Assembly (NCBI GenBank): GCA_016188355.1 | Contig: JACPHY010000011.1 | Coordinates: 23,219 to 87,218, forward strand | Length of the DNA: 64,000 nt | Direction of reading: 5' to 3' | From: Candidatus Uhrbacteria bacterium | Lineage (GTDB): Bacteria > Patescibacteriota > Patescibacteriia > JACPHY01 | Part shown: positions 19,141-28,961 of the stretch, one piece after another | How the letters are laid out: every line of letters starts with the position of its first letter | How positions within the stretch are numbered: position 1 is the first letter of the stretch | Notes under the pieces: model-generated | What the model saw: the letters and a program-made list of their open reading frames with translations, nothing else | Databases searched by the model: none | Told to the model about the DNA's origin: nothing | Translations under genes and position numbers: made by a program

Positions 19141-19695
19141 TCAAGGACGTCGTGGGGGATGTTCGTGGCGTGCGCTGGGTTGCAAAAAGCGCATTGCTTC
19201 TTTCGCATACCGCGTTACCGCCTGGAGGTACGTATCTTCCTCGGGTGCCGGAAGTTCGCGAATGAGGATATTGGCTTTGCGTTGGTCGGCATCCTTGTGT
19301 TCTTTGAGGGTCAAATCCAGTGTGATGCGTCGAACGTTTTCTGTTTTCTGATCTTGGTATTCGATGAACGCATCAATGCCGTGGAATATGTCGAGCGGTG
19401 ATCCGACTGCAGTGTACGCACGCACACGATCTGCGTCCTGTTCACGGAGATGGAGTTGGTCGATGATTTCCAAACGGAGATCGCGGAGGAGATCCGCATC
19501 GGGATTCGTGGGATCCCAGGGTTGATGTGCTCGCACGAGACGCAGCGCTGCATCGAAGCGAACGAAGCCGTCGGGCGTGGCCACTTTTTGGAGCGCTTCC
19601 TGATATGCGCGGTCCTGTGTGATGCTCCCTACGAAGTCTCTTTCAAACTGTCGGCCGGTGTATGACCATGATGGCTCACCGAAACGTGGGGACAT
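19141..19695 (-). CDS. Hypothetical protein
   Basis: 184-aa ORF co-oriented directly downstream of the pilB-like gene. Confidence 0.65.
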   Translation of the reverse strand: MSPRFGEPSWSYTGRQFERDFVGSITQDRAYQEALQKVATPDGFVRFDAALRLVRAHQPWDPTNPDADLLRDLRLEIIDQLHLREQDADRVRAYTAVGSPLDIFHGIDAFIEYQDQKTENVRRITLDLTLKEHKDADQRKANILIRELPAPEEDTYLQAVTRYAKEAMRFLQPSARHEHPPRRP

Positions 19696-19710
19696 ACAAA
19701 GATGGTGCGT

Positions 19711-21393
19711 TCACTCTGCCACCCGGAAGACTTCGCTTACGGTGGTGAGTCCGTCGAGCGCCTTGAGGATGCCGTCCTGCGCCATGGTCACCATGCCGGC
19801 TTTCTGAGCGATCGTTTGCATGTCGTATTCAGAGACTTTCCCCGAGAGGACGACCTCCTCGATGTCTTTGCTCATGGTGAGGATCTCGTAGATGCCGACG
19901 CGGCCTTTGTATCCCGTGCCGTGGCACGTATCGCATCCGTTGCCCTTCATGAAAGCGCGGGGTTTCGTGGCGACTTCGGTGCGTTCGTGTTCCGGAAGTG
20001 CGGCAATGATCTCCTCAACCCGGGCGAGGAGTTCGGGGGTGAGCACATCGGGCGCGGCGCAGTCGGCGTGTACGCGGCGAATGAGGCGCTGCCCGATAAT
20101 CGCGTTCAGTGCGGGTGCGAGGAGGAAGGGTTTCACTCCCATGGAGAGGAAGCGGGGGATCGCGCCCGCGGCGGAGTTCGTGTGGATCGTTGAGAGCATG
20201 AGATGGCCGGTGAGTGCTGCTTGAATGGCCACTTCTGCCGTCTCGAGATCGCGGATTTCTCCCACCATCACGACGTCGGGGTCCTGTCGGAGAATGGCGC
20301 GAAGCCCCTTTGCGAAGGTGTAATCCTTTGCGGCATCGATTTGGCTCTGATTGATGCCTTTCAATTTGTATTCCACGGGATCTTCCAGGGTAATGATCTT
20401 CGTTTCGGAGTCGTTGAGTTTATTGAGGACCGCATAGAGGGTGGTCGTTTTTCCGGACCCCGTGGGACCGGTCGTGATGATCATGCCGTTCGGGCGGCCC
20501 ACTTCGCGTTGGAGTGCTTCGTATGCGCGACCGCGGACGCCGAGTTGCTCAAATTCGAGACTTGCGGAGGACGACATGAGGAGACGCATGACGACGCTCT
20601 CGCCGTATGCAGTCGGCAACGTGGACACGCGGACGTCTATCCTATCTTTGGCGAGACTGATGGTGAATCGTCCGTCCTGGGGAACGTCGTCCACGTTGAT
20701 TTTGAGTCCGGAGAGGAGCTTCACGCGACTGATGAGTTGCCCCCAGCGTTCTTTTGGAATGGTGGCGACCTGCCGGAGGATGCCGTCAATACGGTACCGG
20801 AGGAGAATAGCGTCTTCCTCCGCCTCGACGTGGATATCGGATGATTTCGCCTGGACGGATCCCGCAATGATAAGGGTCACGAGATCAGTGACGGGCGCTT
20901 CGCGAAGGAGTCGATCAAGCGCCTTGAGATCACTGAGAGTTTGGGTGTATCGATCGAAATCGGTCGCACTGATGCGTACCCCGGTTTCTATTTTTTGTAC
21001 GTCGGGAAGCGCGTCGTAGAGTTTGAAGGCGTGGGCGAAGCTCTCTTCCGATATCGCGTATCGCTGCACGTTCGCATGAAAGCGTTCTCCCAGCTGATAT
21101 GCGAGTTCGATGATTTCCTTCTGTTCCGGGTGGAGTGCGGCGATGCGGATTTCTGTTTGCGTGTTGAGAAAGCAAATGACATGCAGTTCAGTCGCCTGTG
21201 CTTTGGAAATGGTCGCGAGCGTTTCGGGCCCGATGGGAAACGCTTTCAAATTGATGTGGCCCACTCCCAAGGATCTTGCATGCGCCGCCACTTCGCGTTC
21301 CCGTGCCGAGAGCTCGAGTTCCCGCATCTTTTCGGCGAATTTTTCCGCCACGTTCTCCGATGAGAGTTGTACCTTCGGGTGATCGGAAGACAT
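19711..21393 (-). CDS. pilB: GspE/PilB-family type IV pilus assembly ATPase
   Basis: SDIHVE, PQDGR, GPTGSGKTTT, TLEDPVE, LRQDPDVVMVGEIRD, TGH, GYKGRVGIYE. Confidence 0.92.
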   Translation of the reverse strand: MSSDHPKVQLSSENVAEKFAEKMRELELSAREREVAAHARSLGVGHINLKAFPIGPETLATISKAQATELHVICFLNTQTEIRIAALHPEQKEIIELAYQLGERFHANVQRYAISEESFAHAFKLYDALPDVQKIETGVRISATDFDRYTQTLSDLKALDRLLREAPVTDLVTLIIAGSVQAKSSDIHVEAEEDAILLRYRIDGILRQVATIPKERWGQLISRVKLLSGLKINVDDVPQDGRFTISLAKDRIDVRVSTLPTAYGESVVMRLLMSSSASLEFEQLGVRGRAYEALQREVGRPNGMIITTGPTGSGKTTTLYAVLNKLNDSETKIITLEDPVEYKLKGINQSQIDAAKDYTFAKGLRAILRQDPDVVMVGEIRDLETAEVAIQAALTGHLMLSTIHTNSAAGAIPRFLSMGVKPFLLAPALNAIIGQRLIRRVHADCAAPDVLTPELLARVEEIIAALPEHERTEVATKPRAFMKGNGCDTCHGTGYKGRVGIYEILTMSKDIEEVVLSGKVSEYDMQTIAQKAGMVTMAQDGILKALDGLTTVSEVFRVAE

Positions 21394-21444
21394 ACCTCGG
21401 GAGACGGAAGCACTTAAGGAGGCACGGAAGAACGGAGACGTGCC

Positions 21445-22422
21445 TCAGTTTTTGCGTGCGTATCTGAGGAGCCACGGCTCTGGCTCTGCTCCGGGGCTGG
21501 TGAGGCGGAGGTAGAGGAGGGTCCAGGCGGCAACCAGGAAGATGCCCGCAAGGACGGCGATGCTCGCAAGGAATCCGATGAGCGTGAGCATGCCGAGGGG
21601 AATTGCGATACGCGGGATGAGCGCGATGCGGAGCATGCTGCCGATGCCCACGAGGAATGCGAAGGGCAGCATGAGGAGCGCGGACCCCACCAACCACAGG
21701 AGGAATGCGGCCACATGGGCGGCGGTGAAGAGGAGGGAGTGCTCGAGCACGACGCGGAGATAGCGCGTACATAGCGCGGCGCCATCGCGGAGCGCGGCAA
21801 ACGGAGTACGGCCATCAAGGACGATGCTCGTCAGAGCAAATGCGGTCACGATCTCGATGATGGTCAGTACGGCGGTGGCTGCCAGAAAACCGGCCACTGC
21901 CCATGGTGCTGCAATGGGTGCCGTAGGCTGCGCGACAGCAATGAAGAGTTGCAGCCACCCGGCAAGCACGGCAATGGTGATGCCTTTCGTGATGCAGTGC
22001 AGGATGGTGGTGGGTACGAGGGCGCGCATGGCATCGCGGTGGAGTGTGATGTCCACTGCCGCGCGTCGTGATCGGCGTTCGGTGGCGAGGATGAGCACGT
22101 TCACGCCATGCACCGCCAGAAGCATGACGGCAATGAGTATGGTGCTCAGGAGCGCCGCATATGCAATGAGCGCTGCGGTTGCACCGGTGCCCGTGGCACG
22201 TGCTTGTGCCCAGAGCATGGCGAGCGTACCGAGATACTCGCGGGGAGTAGTGATTGCGCGCGCGACGGAGCTGGTGGGATCAGCGCCGAGCACTTGAAAG
22301 GTCGCGGTACCCACGCCACTCCCGATGAGGAGGCCTCCGAGGAGGGCGACATACCAGAATCGGCGCAGGTGGGTGGTGAGCGACCACGCGGTGGTGAGAA
22401 GGGATCGGTAGGCGACGGACAC
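21445..22422 (-). CDS. Multi-pass membrane protein
   Basis: About 6 hydrophobic segments; packed between ftsH and pilB. Confidence 0.75.
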   Translation of the reverse strand: MSVAYRSLLTTAWSLTTHLRRFWYVALLGGLLIGSGVGTATFQVLGADPTSSVARAITTPREYLGTLAMLWAQARATGTGATAALIAYAALLSTILIAVMLLAVHGVNVLILATERRSRRAAVDITLHRDAMRALVPTTILHCITKGITIAVLAGWLQLFIAVAQPTAPIAAPWAVAGFLAATAVLTIIEIVTAFALTSIVLDGRTPFAALRDGAALCTRYLRVVLEHSLLFTAAHVAAFLLWLVGSALLMLPFAFLVGIGSMLRIALIPRIAIPLGMLTLIGFLASIAVLAGIFLVAAWTLLYLRLTSPGAEPEPWLLRYARKN

Positions 22423-22437
22423 ACGAGATGGGGATGA

Positions 22438-24360
22438 TCACGATGCGCTCGGAGGTTCTGCGGTAGGCGCAGGTGCCTCGGTGGCGGGCGTCGCCTCTCG
22501 CTCGGGGGTGTTACTTCCTGGAGCTGCCCGCCAGTGATGCGGGTGTTCCGTGAAGAGTGCCTCGAAGGCGTCCTGTTCAATGGTTTCCTGAGCGAGGAGT
22601 TCTTGGGCAATGCGATCGAGCTGTGTGCGCCGTGCGCGAACTACCTGCGTTGCCCGCTCCATGGCCTCTCGAATGATGCGGTCGAGCTCCATGTCGATTG
22701 CCTCCGCAATTTTTTCCGAGTAATCCCGTTGCTCGGTTATTTCCCGCCCCAGGAAAATCATCTCCTCCCGCTCCCCGAATGTCCGCGGACCGAGCACATC
22801 GCTCATCCCGTACTCCGTGATGAGGCGGCGCGCAATACGGGTCGCATTGCGGAGGTCATTTGAAGCGCCAGTGGTGAGTTCATCTGCTCCGAATACTTCT
22901 CGTTCCGCCACGTATCCGCCGAGCGCCATGGCAAGCTCATCAAAGAATTCAGCGCGGGTGCGGAAGTGTTTGTCCTCGAGTGGGAGCTTTAGGGTGTATC
23001 CTGCGGCGGGTCCGCGCGAAATGATGGACACCTTGCGCACCGGATCGGTATGCGGGAGTTCGTGTGCGACGAGGGCGTGCCCCCCTTCGTGGTAGGCGGT
23101 GATTTTGCGTTCCCGATCGGAGAAAATACGACTGCGACGTTCCGGACCGAGGAGCACTTTCTCGATCGACTCGAGGAACTCGGTCATGCTAATGCGCTTT
23201 TTGTCGCGCCGTGCCGCGAGGAGCGCGGCCTCGTTCACGAGGTTCGCGAGATCCGCGCCGGAGAATCCGGGCGTCCGTTCCGCGATACGGCGGATGCCGA
23301 CGCCGGTGGCCACCGGTTTTCCTTCGAGGTGCACGTGCAGAATTTCTTCGCGGTCGCGAATATCCGGAAGATCGAGCATGACTCGGCGGTCAAAACGGCC
23401 TGGGCGGAGTAGTGCAGGATCAAGCACGTCGGGGCGGTTCGTTGCGCCGAGCACCACGATGCCAATGTTTGCATCGAATCCGTCCATTTCGACGAGGATT
23501 TGGTTCAGCGTTTGCTCGCGTTCATCGTGGCCACCGCCGAGTCCTGCGCCGCGTTGCCGTCCGACCGCATCCAACTCATCCACAAAGACGATGCACGGCG
23601 CGATTTTTTTTGCGCGCTGGAAGAGCGAGCGCACGCGGCTGGCGCCGACGCCCACAAACATCTCCACGAACTCTGATGCGGACATGTGGAGGAAGGGAAC
23701 ATTCGCCTCGCCCGCCACTGCGCGCGCGAGCAGCGTTTTGCCGGTTCCGGGCGGTCCCATGAGGAGCACGCCTTTCGGAATTTTCGCGCCGAGTGCGGTA
23801 AACTTCTTTGGATGCTTCAAAAATTCCACCACCTCCTCCAGTTCCGCTTTTGCTTCCTTTGCGCCCGCGACATCGGAGAATTTCGTGCGCTTGCCATCTT
23901 TTGCTGCCTCACGCACGCGCGCCTGTCCGAACATGAGCGCCCGTGAGTTCGCGCCCTGCACTTGGCGCATCATGTACATGATGAAGCCGCCAATGAGGAG
24001 GAAGGGGAGGAGGAAGGGGAGGAGCGAGGAAATCCAGTACCCAATACCGCCCTCCTCTTTCACTTCCAGGGGAATGCGCTCGTACGTTTTTGGTTCCAAG
24101 CCGTAGCTGCGAAAGAGTTCCGGGACGGCAACGCCCGGTTCCTTGCGGACGAGCGCGATGGATCCGCTTTCGAGGGTGACGTGCAGGGTGGAGCCGTCCA
24201 CGACGATCGATTTCACTTTTCCGTCCCGGACATGACCGATGAGCGCATCAATACCGATGCGCTCCGGTTTCGTAAGCGGAACGTTGTACAGGCTGAAGAT
24301 CGTGAGAATGGCAAAAAAGGCGACGAGGATGGCGATGGTATGTTTCGGGGGAGTGCGCAT
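22438..24360 (-). CDS. ftsH: ATP-dependent zinc metalloprotease FtsH
   Basis: 2 TM helices, [40 protein letters not shown]. Confidence 0.98.
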   Translation of the reverse strand: MRTPPKHTIAILVAFFAILTIFSLYNVPLTKPERIGIDALIGHVRDGKVKSIVVDGSTLHVTLESGSIALVRKEPGVAVPELFRSYGLEPKTYERIPLEVKEEGGIGYWISSLLPFLLPFLLIGGFIMYMMRQVQGANSRALMFGQARVREAAKDGKRTKFSDVAGAKEAKAELEEVVEFLKHPKKFTALGAKIPKGVLLMGPPGTGKTLLARAVAGEANVPFLHMSASEFVEMFVGVGASRVRSLFQRAKKIAPCIVFVDELDAVGRQRGAGLGGGHDEREQTLNQILVEMDGFDANIGIVVLGATNRPDVLDPALLRPGRFDRRVMLDLPDIRDREEILHVHLEGKPVATGVGIRRIAERTPGFSGADLANLVNEAALLAARRDKKRISMTEFLESIEKVLLGPERRSRIFSDRERKITAYHEGGHALVAHELPHTDPVRKVSIISRGPAAGYTLKLPLEDKHFRTRAEFFDELAMALGGYVAEREVFGADELTTGASNDLRNATRIARRLITEYGMSDVLGPRTFGEREEMIFLGREITEQRDYSEKIAEAIDMELDRIIREAMERATQVVRARRTQLDRIAQELLAQETIEQDAFEALFTEHPHHWRAAPGSNTPEREATPATEAPAPTAEPPSAS

Positions 24361-24465
24361 ACGAAAAACAATCGATTCACCTTCTCCCAGAGTACCGTGG
24401 AGTGACCGTCAACGCCAGCTCGCCCTGCCATGCGGCGGGGCGAGCGGGGAGCGTCCGTGTCACGC

Positions 24466-25623
24466 TTATGACGGAGTCGTTGGCCGCTTCTTGCTGAGTC
24501 CGAGGCGGTGCTCCTTGGGATCAATAGAGATCACGGTGAATTCCATTTCTTCTCCCACGTGGGCAATTTCTTCAGGATTGGTGGGTGGCGGATCGCCAAG
24601 TTCCGAGATGTGCGCCAAGCCGTGGATGTCCGGATCGAGTTCCACGAAGAGTCCGAATGGTTGCACCTTCACCACGCGACCTCGGACCTGCTGGCCCACC
24701 GTGTATCGCTCGCTCACCTTTGCCCATGGATCATCGTGCAGGCGCTTCAGCGAAAGGAAGATTTTGGATCCTTCGATGTTGAGGATTTGCGCGCGTACGC
24801 GATCGCCCATCTTGACGACGTCCCGTGGTTGGTCGACACGTTGCCAGGAGAGCTCGGAGATATGGACGAGACCCTCCAGGTGACTCTCGTCGACCGCTGC
24901 TTCCGCGCCTTCCGGGGGAGCAGGGAACCGTACGAATGCGCCGAAGTCCGCAATAGCGGTGATGATGCCGTCCACCGCATCTCCCGGGTGATACTGCGCG
25001 AGGACCTGTGCCTGCGTTTCTTCCCATGCCGCCTTCTCGGAAACGATCAGTTTTTCTTCGCGAGGATCCACGTCGATGATTTTTGCATCGAGGGTCTTCC
25101 CGACGAACGATTTGAGCTTCTCCAGGATGCGCTGCTTATCGCCACCTGCCACGCGCGGGTAATTACCGGGCGAGAGCTGGGAAACCGGGAGGAACCCCTG
25201 CACGTTGCCGAACTGCACGAGGAGTCCGCCCTTGTTCGCTTCGAGCACGCGGACGGGCGTCACCGTACCGTTGCGGCGCAGCTCCTCGAGCGAACCCCAT
25301 GCCTTCTGGTGTCCTGCCGCGCGGAAGGAGAGCTCGAGCATGCCGCGCTCGTTTTCGAGGTCGAGCACGGTCGCATCGACGGGGTCGCCCACGTTCAGGT
25401 TGGAGGTCATGCCGGACGCATCCAACAGTTCCGGCCCTCGGACAATGCCGGTACGGAATCCTGGGAGATCTACTTTGACTTCATTGCGTCCAATGCCCAC
25501 GACCATGCCGTGGACAATATCACCGACCTTCGGGATTTTTTGGTGCCCCTTTTCGGTGAGGAGGGTTTCCAATTCGGACGGCGATCCGTCCGCCGCTGCT
25601 GGTTGCGCTGCTGCAGTATCCAT
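24466..25623 (-). CDS. rpsA: 30S ribosomal protein S1-like (4 S1 domains)
   Basis: GFLPVSQL, FGAFV, GLVHISELSW, GLAHISEL, RLGLS; start could instead be 25650. Confidence 0.85.
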   Translation of the reverse strand: MDTAAAQPAAADGSPSELETLLTEKGHQKIPKVGDIVHGMVVGIGRNEVKVDLPGFRTGIVRGPELLDASGMTSNLNVGDPVDATVLDLENERGMLELSFRAAGHQKAWGSLEELRRNGTVTPVRVLEANKGGLLVQFGNVQGFLPVSQLSPGNYPRVAGGDKQRILEKLKSFVGKTLDAKIIDVDPREEKLIVSEKAAWEETQAQVLAQYHPGDAVDGIITAIADFGAFVRFPAPPEGAEAAVDESHLEGLVHISELSWQRVDQPRDVVKMGDRVRAQILNIEGSKIFLSLKRLHDDPWAKVSERYTVGQQVRGRVVKVQPFGLFVELDPDIHGLAHISELGDPPPTNPEEIAHVGEEMEFTVISIDPKEHRLGLSKKRPTTPS

Positions 25624-25832
25624 ATCCGATACGCTGCATAGCCGCTCCATCGATCGTATTGATGGAGAAGCCCCCGCGGGGATGACCCCGTCGAGAAGAA
25701 TGAGGATGTCGGTAGCGTAGGCGATTGCGAGTGCACTGGCAAGGGAGGGGCCAATGGATGCGATTCGTCATAACAAAGAACACCCCCAGCACGGAGCTGG
25801 GGGTGCTGAGGGAGGGGGTGTGGAGTGAATGC

Positions 25833-26711
25833 CTAATTCGCGGTAGCGCTGGGTTTTTGTGGTGCCTTCCGTTCGAGTTCCTGGACGCGCTTTTCGAGGA
25901 ACGTGCTGCGCGCGTGTTCCTGCTGGTACCGTTCCTCGTGCCGCGATCGCCGATCGGCGATGTCCCGGAAGAAGGTCTCCCAGTTGTCCGGGAATCTCGG
26001 TGCGCGGTCGGGATGTTTGGAGTGGTCGGGGAAGCTGCGCAAACGGATTTGCTGATCACGCTCGATATGGTCATCGAATTCGCGGAGCAGGGATTCGGCG
26101 GACAGGGGCAGGGAGTGTCCATGGCAATCCGTGAGGAGAAGGTCCTCGATGCGGTAGTGTCGCTGGAGATTGCGCGCGATCGTCCAGTCAGGGACGGGGA
26201 CGCCCTGGTAGGTGAGGAGCGATGCGGTATGGCGACCACCGAGCGCGATGGTGATCGCGCAGCGGCCGGGGGTCACGTGCTGGAGTGCTTTTCCACGGAA
26301 CCGGGGGGGATGCACGATGCCGTGGTATTCGACGGATTCGTACTGCGTGACGGTGTCCTTTCTGGGGACGCCCCATGCGGTGACCTCGTAGCCGATGTGG
26401 TTGTGACGGTAGACCGCGGCAAGGTATGCGAGTGGTCCGCGGTGCGATTCCTTCTCGGCGCATTGGGCGATCCGGAAGAGCGCGATCATGCCGAGCACGA
26501 TGCCGATGCCGATCGTCATCCAGAACGGGAGGTGCGTGATGATCGGTTCCTCCGCGAGCCAGGCAACGGGCATGGCCACCGCAATGACGAGCGCGGTGAG
26601 CGATCCGCAAACGACCTTGATTCTGCCGTACGGAATGGGGCAATAGTTGGAGACGAACTGCGGGATGGGTTGCGTGGTGCCGTTCGCATCGTACGCGGTG
26701 TTGATCTGCAT
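25833..26711 (-). CDS. Hypothetical membrane protein
   Basis: AGGAG RBS before MQINTA; 2 TM helices then a soluble domain. Confidence 0.7.
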   Translation of the reverse strand: MQINTAYDANGTTQPIPQFVSNYCPIPYGRIKVVCGSLTALVIAVAMPVAWLAEEPIITHLPFWMTIGIGIVLGMIALFRIAQCAEKESHRGPLAYLAAVYRHNHIGYEVTAWGVPRKDTVTQYESVEYHGIVHPPRFRGKALQHVTPGRCAITIALGGRHTASLLTYQGVPVPDWTIARNLQRHYRIEDLLLTDCHGHSLPLSAESLLREFDDHIERDQQIRLRSFPDHSKHPDRAPRFPDNWETFFRDIADRRSRHEERYQQEHARSTFLEKRVQELERKAPQKPSATAN

Positions 26712-26864
26712 GGCCGCTCCTCTTCTTTCGGGTGCGTTGTGAAGGATGCTGCGGGCACCATAACGCCGGATGGGGGAGGAGGTCAATGGCTTGACGCGGG
26801 GACGGATTTATAATATGGTTTCGTCGGATTCCGGTTTTGTTCCTTGTGAAAGGAGGCTGTGGTC

Positions 26865-27719
26865 ATGCGTGCATTGCCGAAGAAGTATGACGATGCGGTG
26901 AACGCGGTGAGCCGTGTTGCTGAGTGGTTGCAGCAAGAGCGGGTGCGGCGCATTGATACGGTAGTGGGTCAGATGTCGCTCCCGGGAGAATGGCTGCATT
27001 GGCTCCTCGTGATCGTGACGATCGGTAGTGCCCTGGTGGGGTTGTTGGGCATGTTGGTGGGTATTCCGGTAGATCACCGGGAAGCATTCACCTGGTTCCC
27101 GGCGACGGTGGTGGCGCCCAAGGTGTTCGGCGTTTCGTTTCTCGCGTTGATATTGGTGTACGGCATGCGATTTTCGGAAGTAGCGAGACGGCGATCCGAA
27201 AAGCGTCGCGAGTGCGAGCGGGAAGTGGCGAATGATCCGCTTGCCCGTCGCGCGCAGCTCATCGTGGATGCGGTGCACGAATACGCACGGCATGTGGCGC
27301 AGTACCGCTCGTGGCGTCAGGCGCTGGATGATGAGTTGGTGACGGCGGATGCGCCTGCAGAGGACGCGTACTTCACCTTCATCGATCATGCGCGTGGGCT
27401 ATTGGATCGTGCGATGGTGAATTTCTGGAACGTGCATGAGCGCGTGCAGCGTGCGGAAGCGCTGCGGAAGCAACACGTCACCGGAGAGGCGAGTGGCACG
27501 GGCCTTGCTGCGTTGCTCGAAGAGCTGCGTGTGGACATTGCGTCACCGGCGCTCCCAGGAGGTATCACCAATCCTGCGAGCGCACTCGAGGATGAACGAG
27601 TGCTCGCCAAAGTCGCCGAAGAACTGCGGACGATCGAGTCCGGATTGGCGTTCAACCCGGAGCGCGCGAATCCATCGGCGGTTCCGGCGCAGGACGCGAC
27701 CGCATCGACTCGGTCATAG
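26865..27719 (+). CDS. Hypothetical membrane protein with helical/coiled-coil C-terminus
   Basis: AAGGAGG RBS; 2 TM helices; downstream hairpin 27728-27754. Confidence 0.7.
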   Translation: MRALPKKYDDAVNAVSRVAEWLQQERVRRIDTVVGQMSLPGEWLHWLLVIVTIGSALVGLLGMLVGIPVDHREAFTWFPATVVAPKVFGVSFLALILVYGMRFSEVARRRSEKRRECEREVANDPLARRAQLIVDAVHEYARHVAQYRSWRQALDDELVTADAPAEDAYFTFIDHARGLLDRAMVNFWNVHERVQRAEALRKQHVTGEASGTGLAALLEELRVDIASPALPGGITNPASALEDERVLAKVAEELRTIESGLAFNPERANPSAVPAQDATASTRS

Positions 27720-27952
27720 AACGTGCGAACACCCTCGGCAGTGCCGAGGGTGTTTCCTATTGGTGGTGCTCGTCGTTACGTATGTGCGGCGTCGCGGTGG
27801 GACCGCCCGTGGCGTCGGTGTGCTTGCAGCGAAGGAAACCGCCGCAAGCGGCTGGCCGAATCATCGCTCCTTTCCGCAGAGTTGTTAATGGTTCCCCGAA
27901 TCGGTACCATATGAGTATTCGCGGGGCATCGCCCCGCGGCTTGTAATGGTTA

Positions 27953-28002
27953 TCGCTCGAACATCACGTCCCTGGAACGAAAGCGATTTTCGCAGAGGTC
28001 TC
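27953..28002. mobile_element. Right-end fragment of the MITE at 36017-36178
   Basis: TCGCTCGAACATCACGTCCCTGG..CGAAAGCGATTTT.GCAGAGGTCTC nearly identical to 36129-36178. Confidence 0.75.
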
Positions 28003-28003
28003 T

Positions 28004-28615
28004 ATGCTCATCGCATATCACGGAGATGCGTGTATTCGGTTGACCGGGAAGCACGATGCGGGGGAATTTGCGGTGCTCCTCGATCCGTATGACGTGAAGG
28101 TGACTGGATTGAAACCGATTCGTCCCTCCGCGGTGCATCTCGTGTGCGCAACGGCGGGTACACTGCCCGAATTCGGGGAGGGTCCGTTTGTGGTGCGCGG
28201 GCCGGGGGAATATGAGGTACATGGGGTATCGGTGACCGGATTCCCGGCTGGCGCGACCACGATCTATCGGATCGCAGCGGAAGGACTTTCGATTGGCCAT
28301 CTCGGCAACTGCGCGGTGCCATTGGACGCCGCGATGATTGAGCGGCTCGGGGAAGTGGATGTGCTCACGGTTCCGGTGGGCGGGAACGGCGTCCTGAATG
28401 CGAAGCAGGCATCGGCAGTGATCGAGCAGGTGGAGCCGCGGCTCGTCATTCCGATCCAATATCGCGCTCCCGGGCTGTCATTGCCGTACGAGAGTATTGA
28501 CGCGTTTTGCAAGGAGATGGGGTGCTCGGCAAAATCTCCAGAGGAAAAGCTCCGCGTGGTGAAGAAAGAGCTCCCGACGGACGAGATGTGGGTTCGGGTG
28601 CTCGCGGTTGATTGA
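28004..28615 (+). CDS. MBL-fold metallo-hydrolase-like protein with degenerate metal ligands
   Basis: LLDPY, GPGEYEV, GHLG, DVLTVPVGG, EPRLVIP; no HxHxDH motif. Confidence 0.8.
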   Translation: MLIAYHGDACIRLTGKHDAGEFAVLLDPYDVKVTGLKPIRPSAVHLVCATAGTLPEFGEGPFVVRGPGEYEVHGVSVTGFPAGATTIYRIAAEGLSIGHLGNCAVPLDAAMIERLGEVDVLTVPVGGNGVLNAKQASAVIEQVEPRLVIPIQYRAPGLSLPYESIDAFCKEMGCSAKSPEEKLRVVKKELPTDEMWVRVLAVD

Positions 28616-28622
28616 TTCGTGC

Positions 28623-28946
28623 ATGCATCCCCGACGTCAGCTCATCGTGCTCGTGGTGGCAGCGGCGGCGCTCATCGGGATCGCATGGGCGGTGCTCTTT
28701 CGTCGGCATGTGCTTGCGCCGCAGGTGGAATGGGGCAGGAGTCGTGGGTTCACCGAAGAGATTTCCCATCGATTCACCTCGGCGGTGCGAAGTTTCACGG
28801 ACGCGGCGCAGCGAGTGCGGGCACCGACGCCCACCACGACTGCCGGGAGCGATGGCGTGATCACTCCGGAGCCGAGCGCGCCGCTCACGAATGCGGTCCC
28901 CGCAGCGACACCTTCGGATGCTGTGCAAGGAACAACGATTCCGTAA
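28623..28946 (+). CDS. Small membrane-anchored hypothetical protein
   Basis: N-terminal TM helix, Pro/Thr-rich tail; operon-like spacing. Confidence 0.6.
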   Translation: MHPRRQLIVLVVAAAALIGIAWAVLFRRHVLAPQVEWGRSRGFTEEISHRFTSAVRSFTDAAQRVRAPTPTTTAGSDGVITPEPSAPLTNAVPAATPSDAVQGTTIP

Positions 28947-28961
28947 TTTGTATCGATTCGC

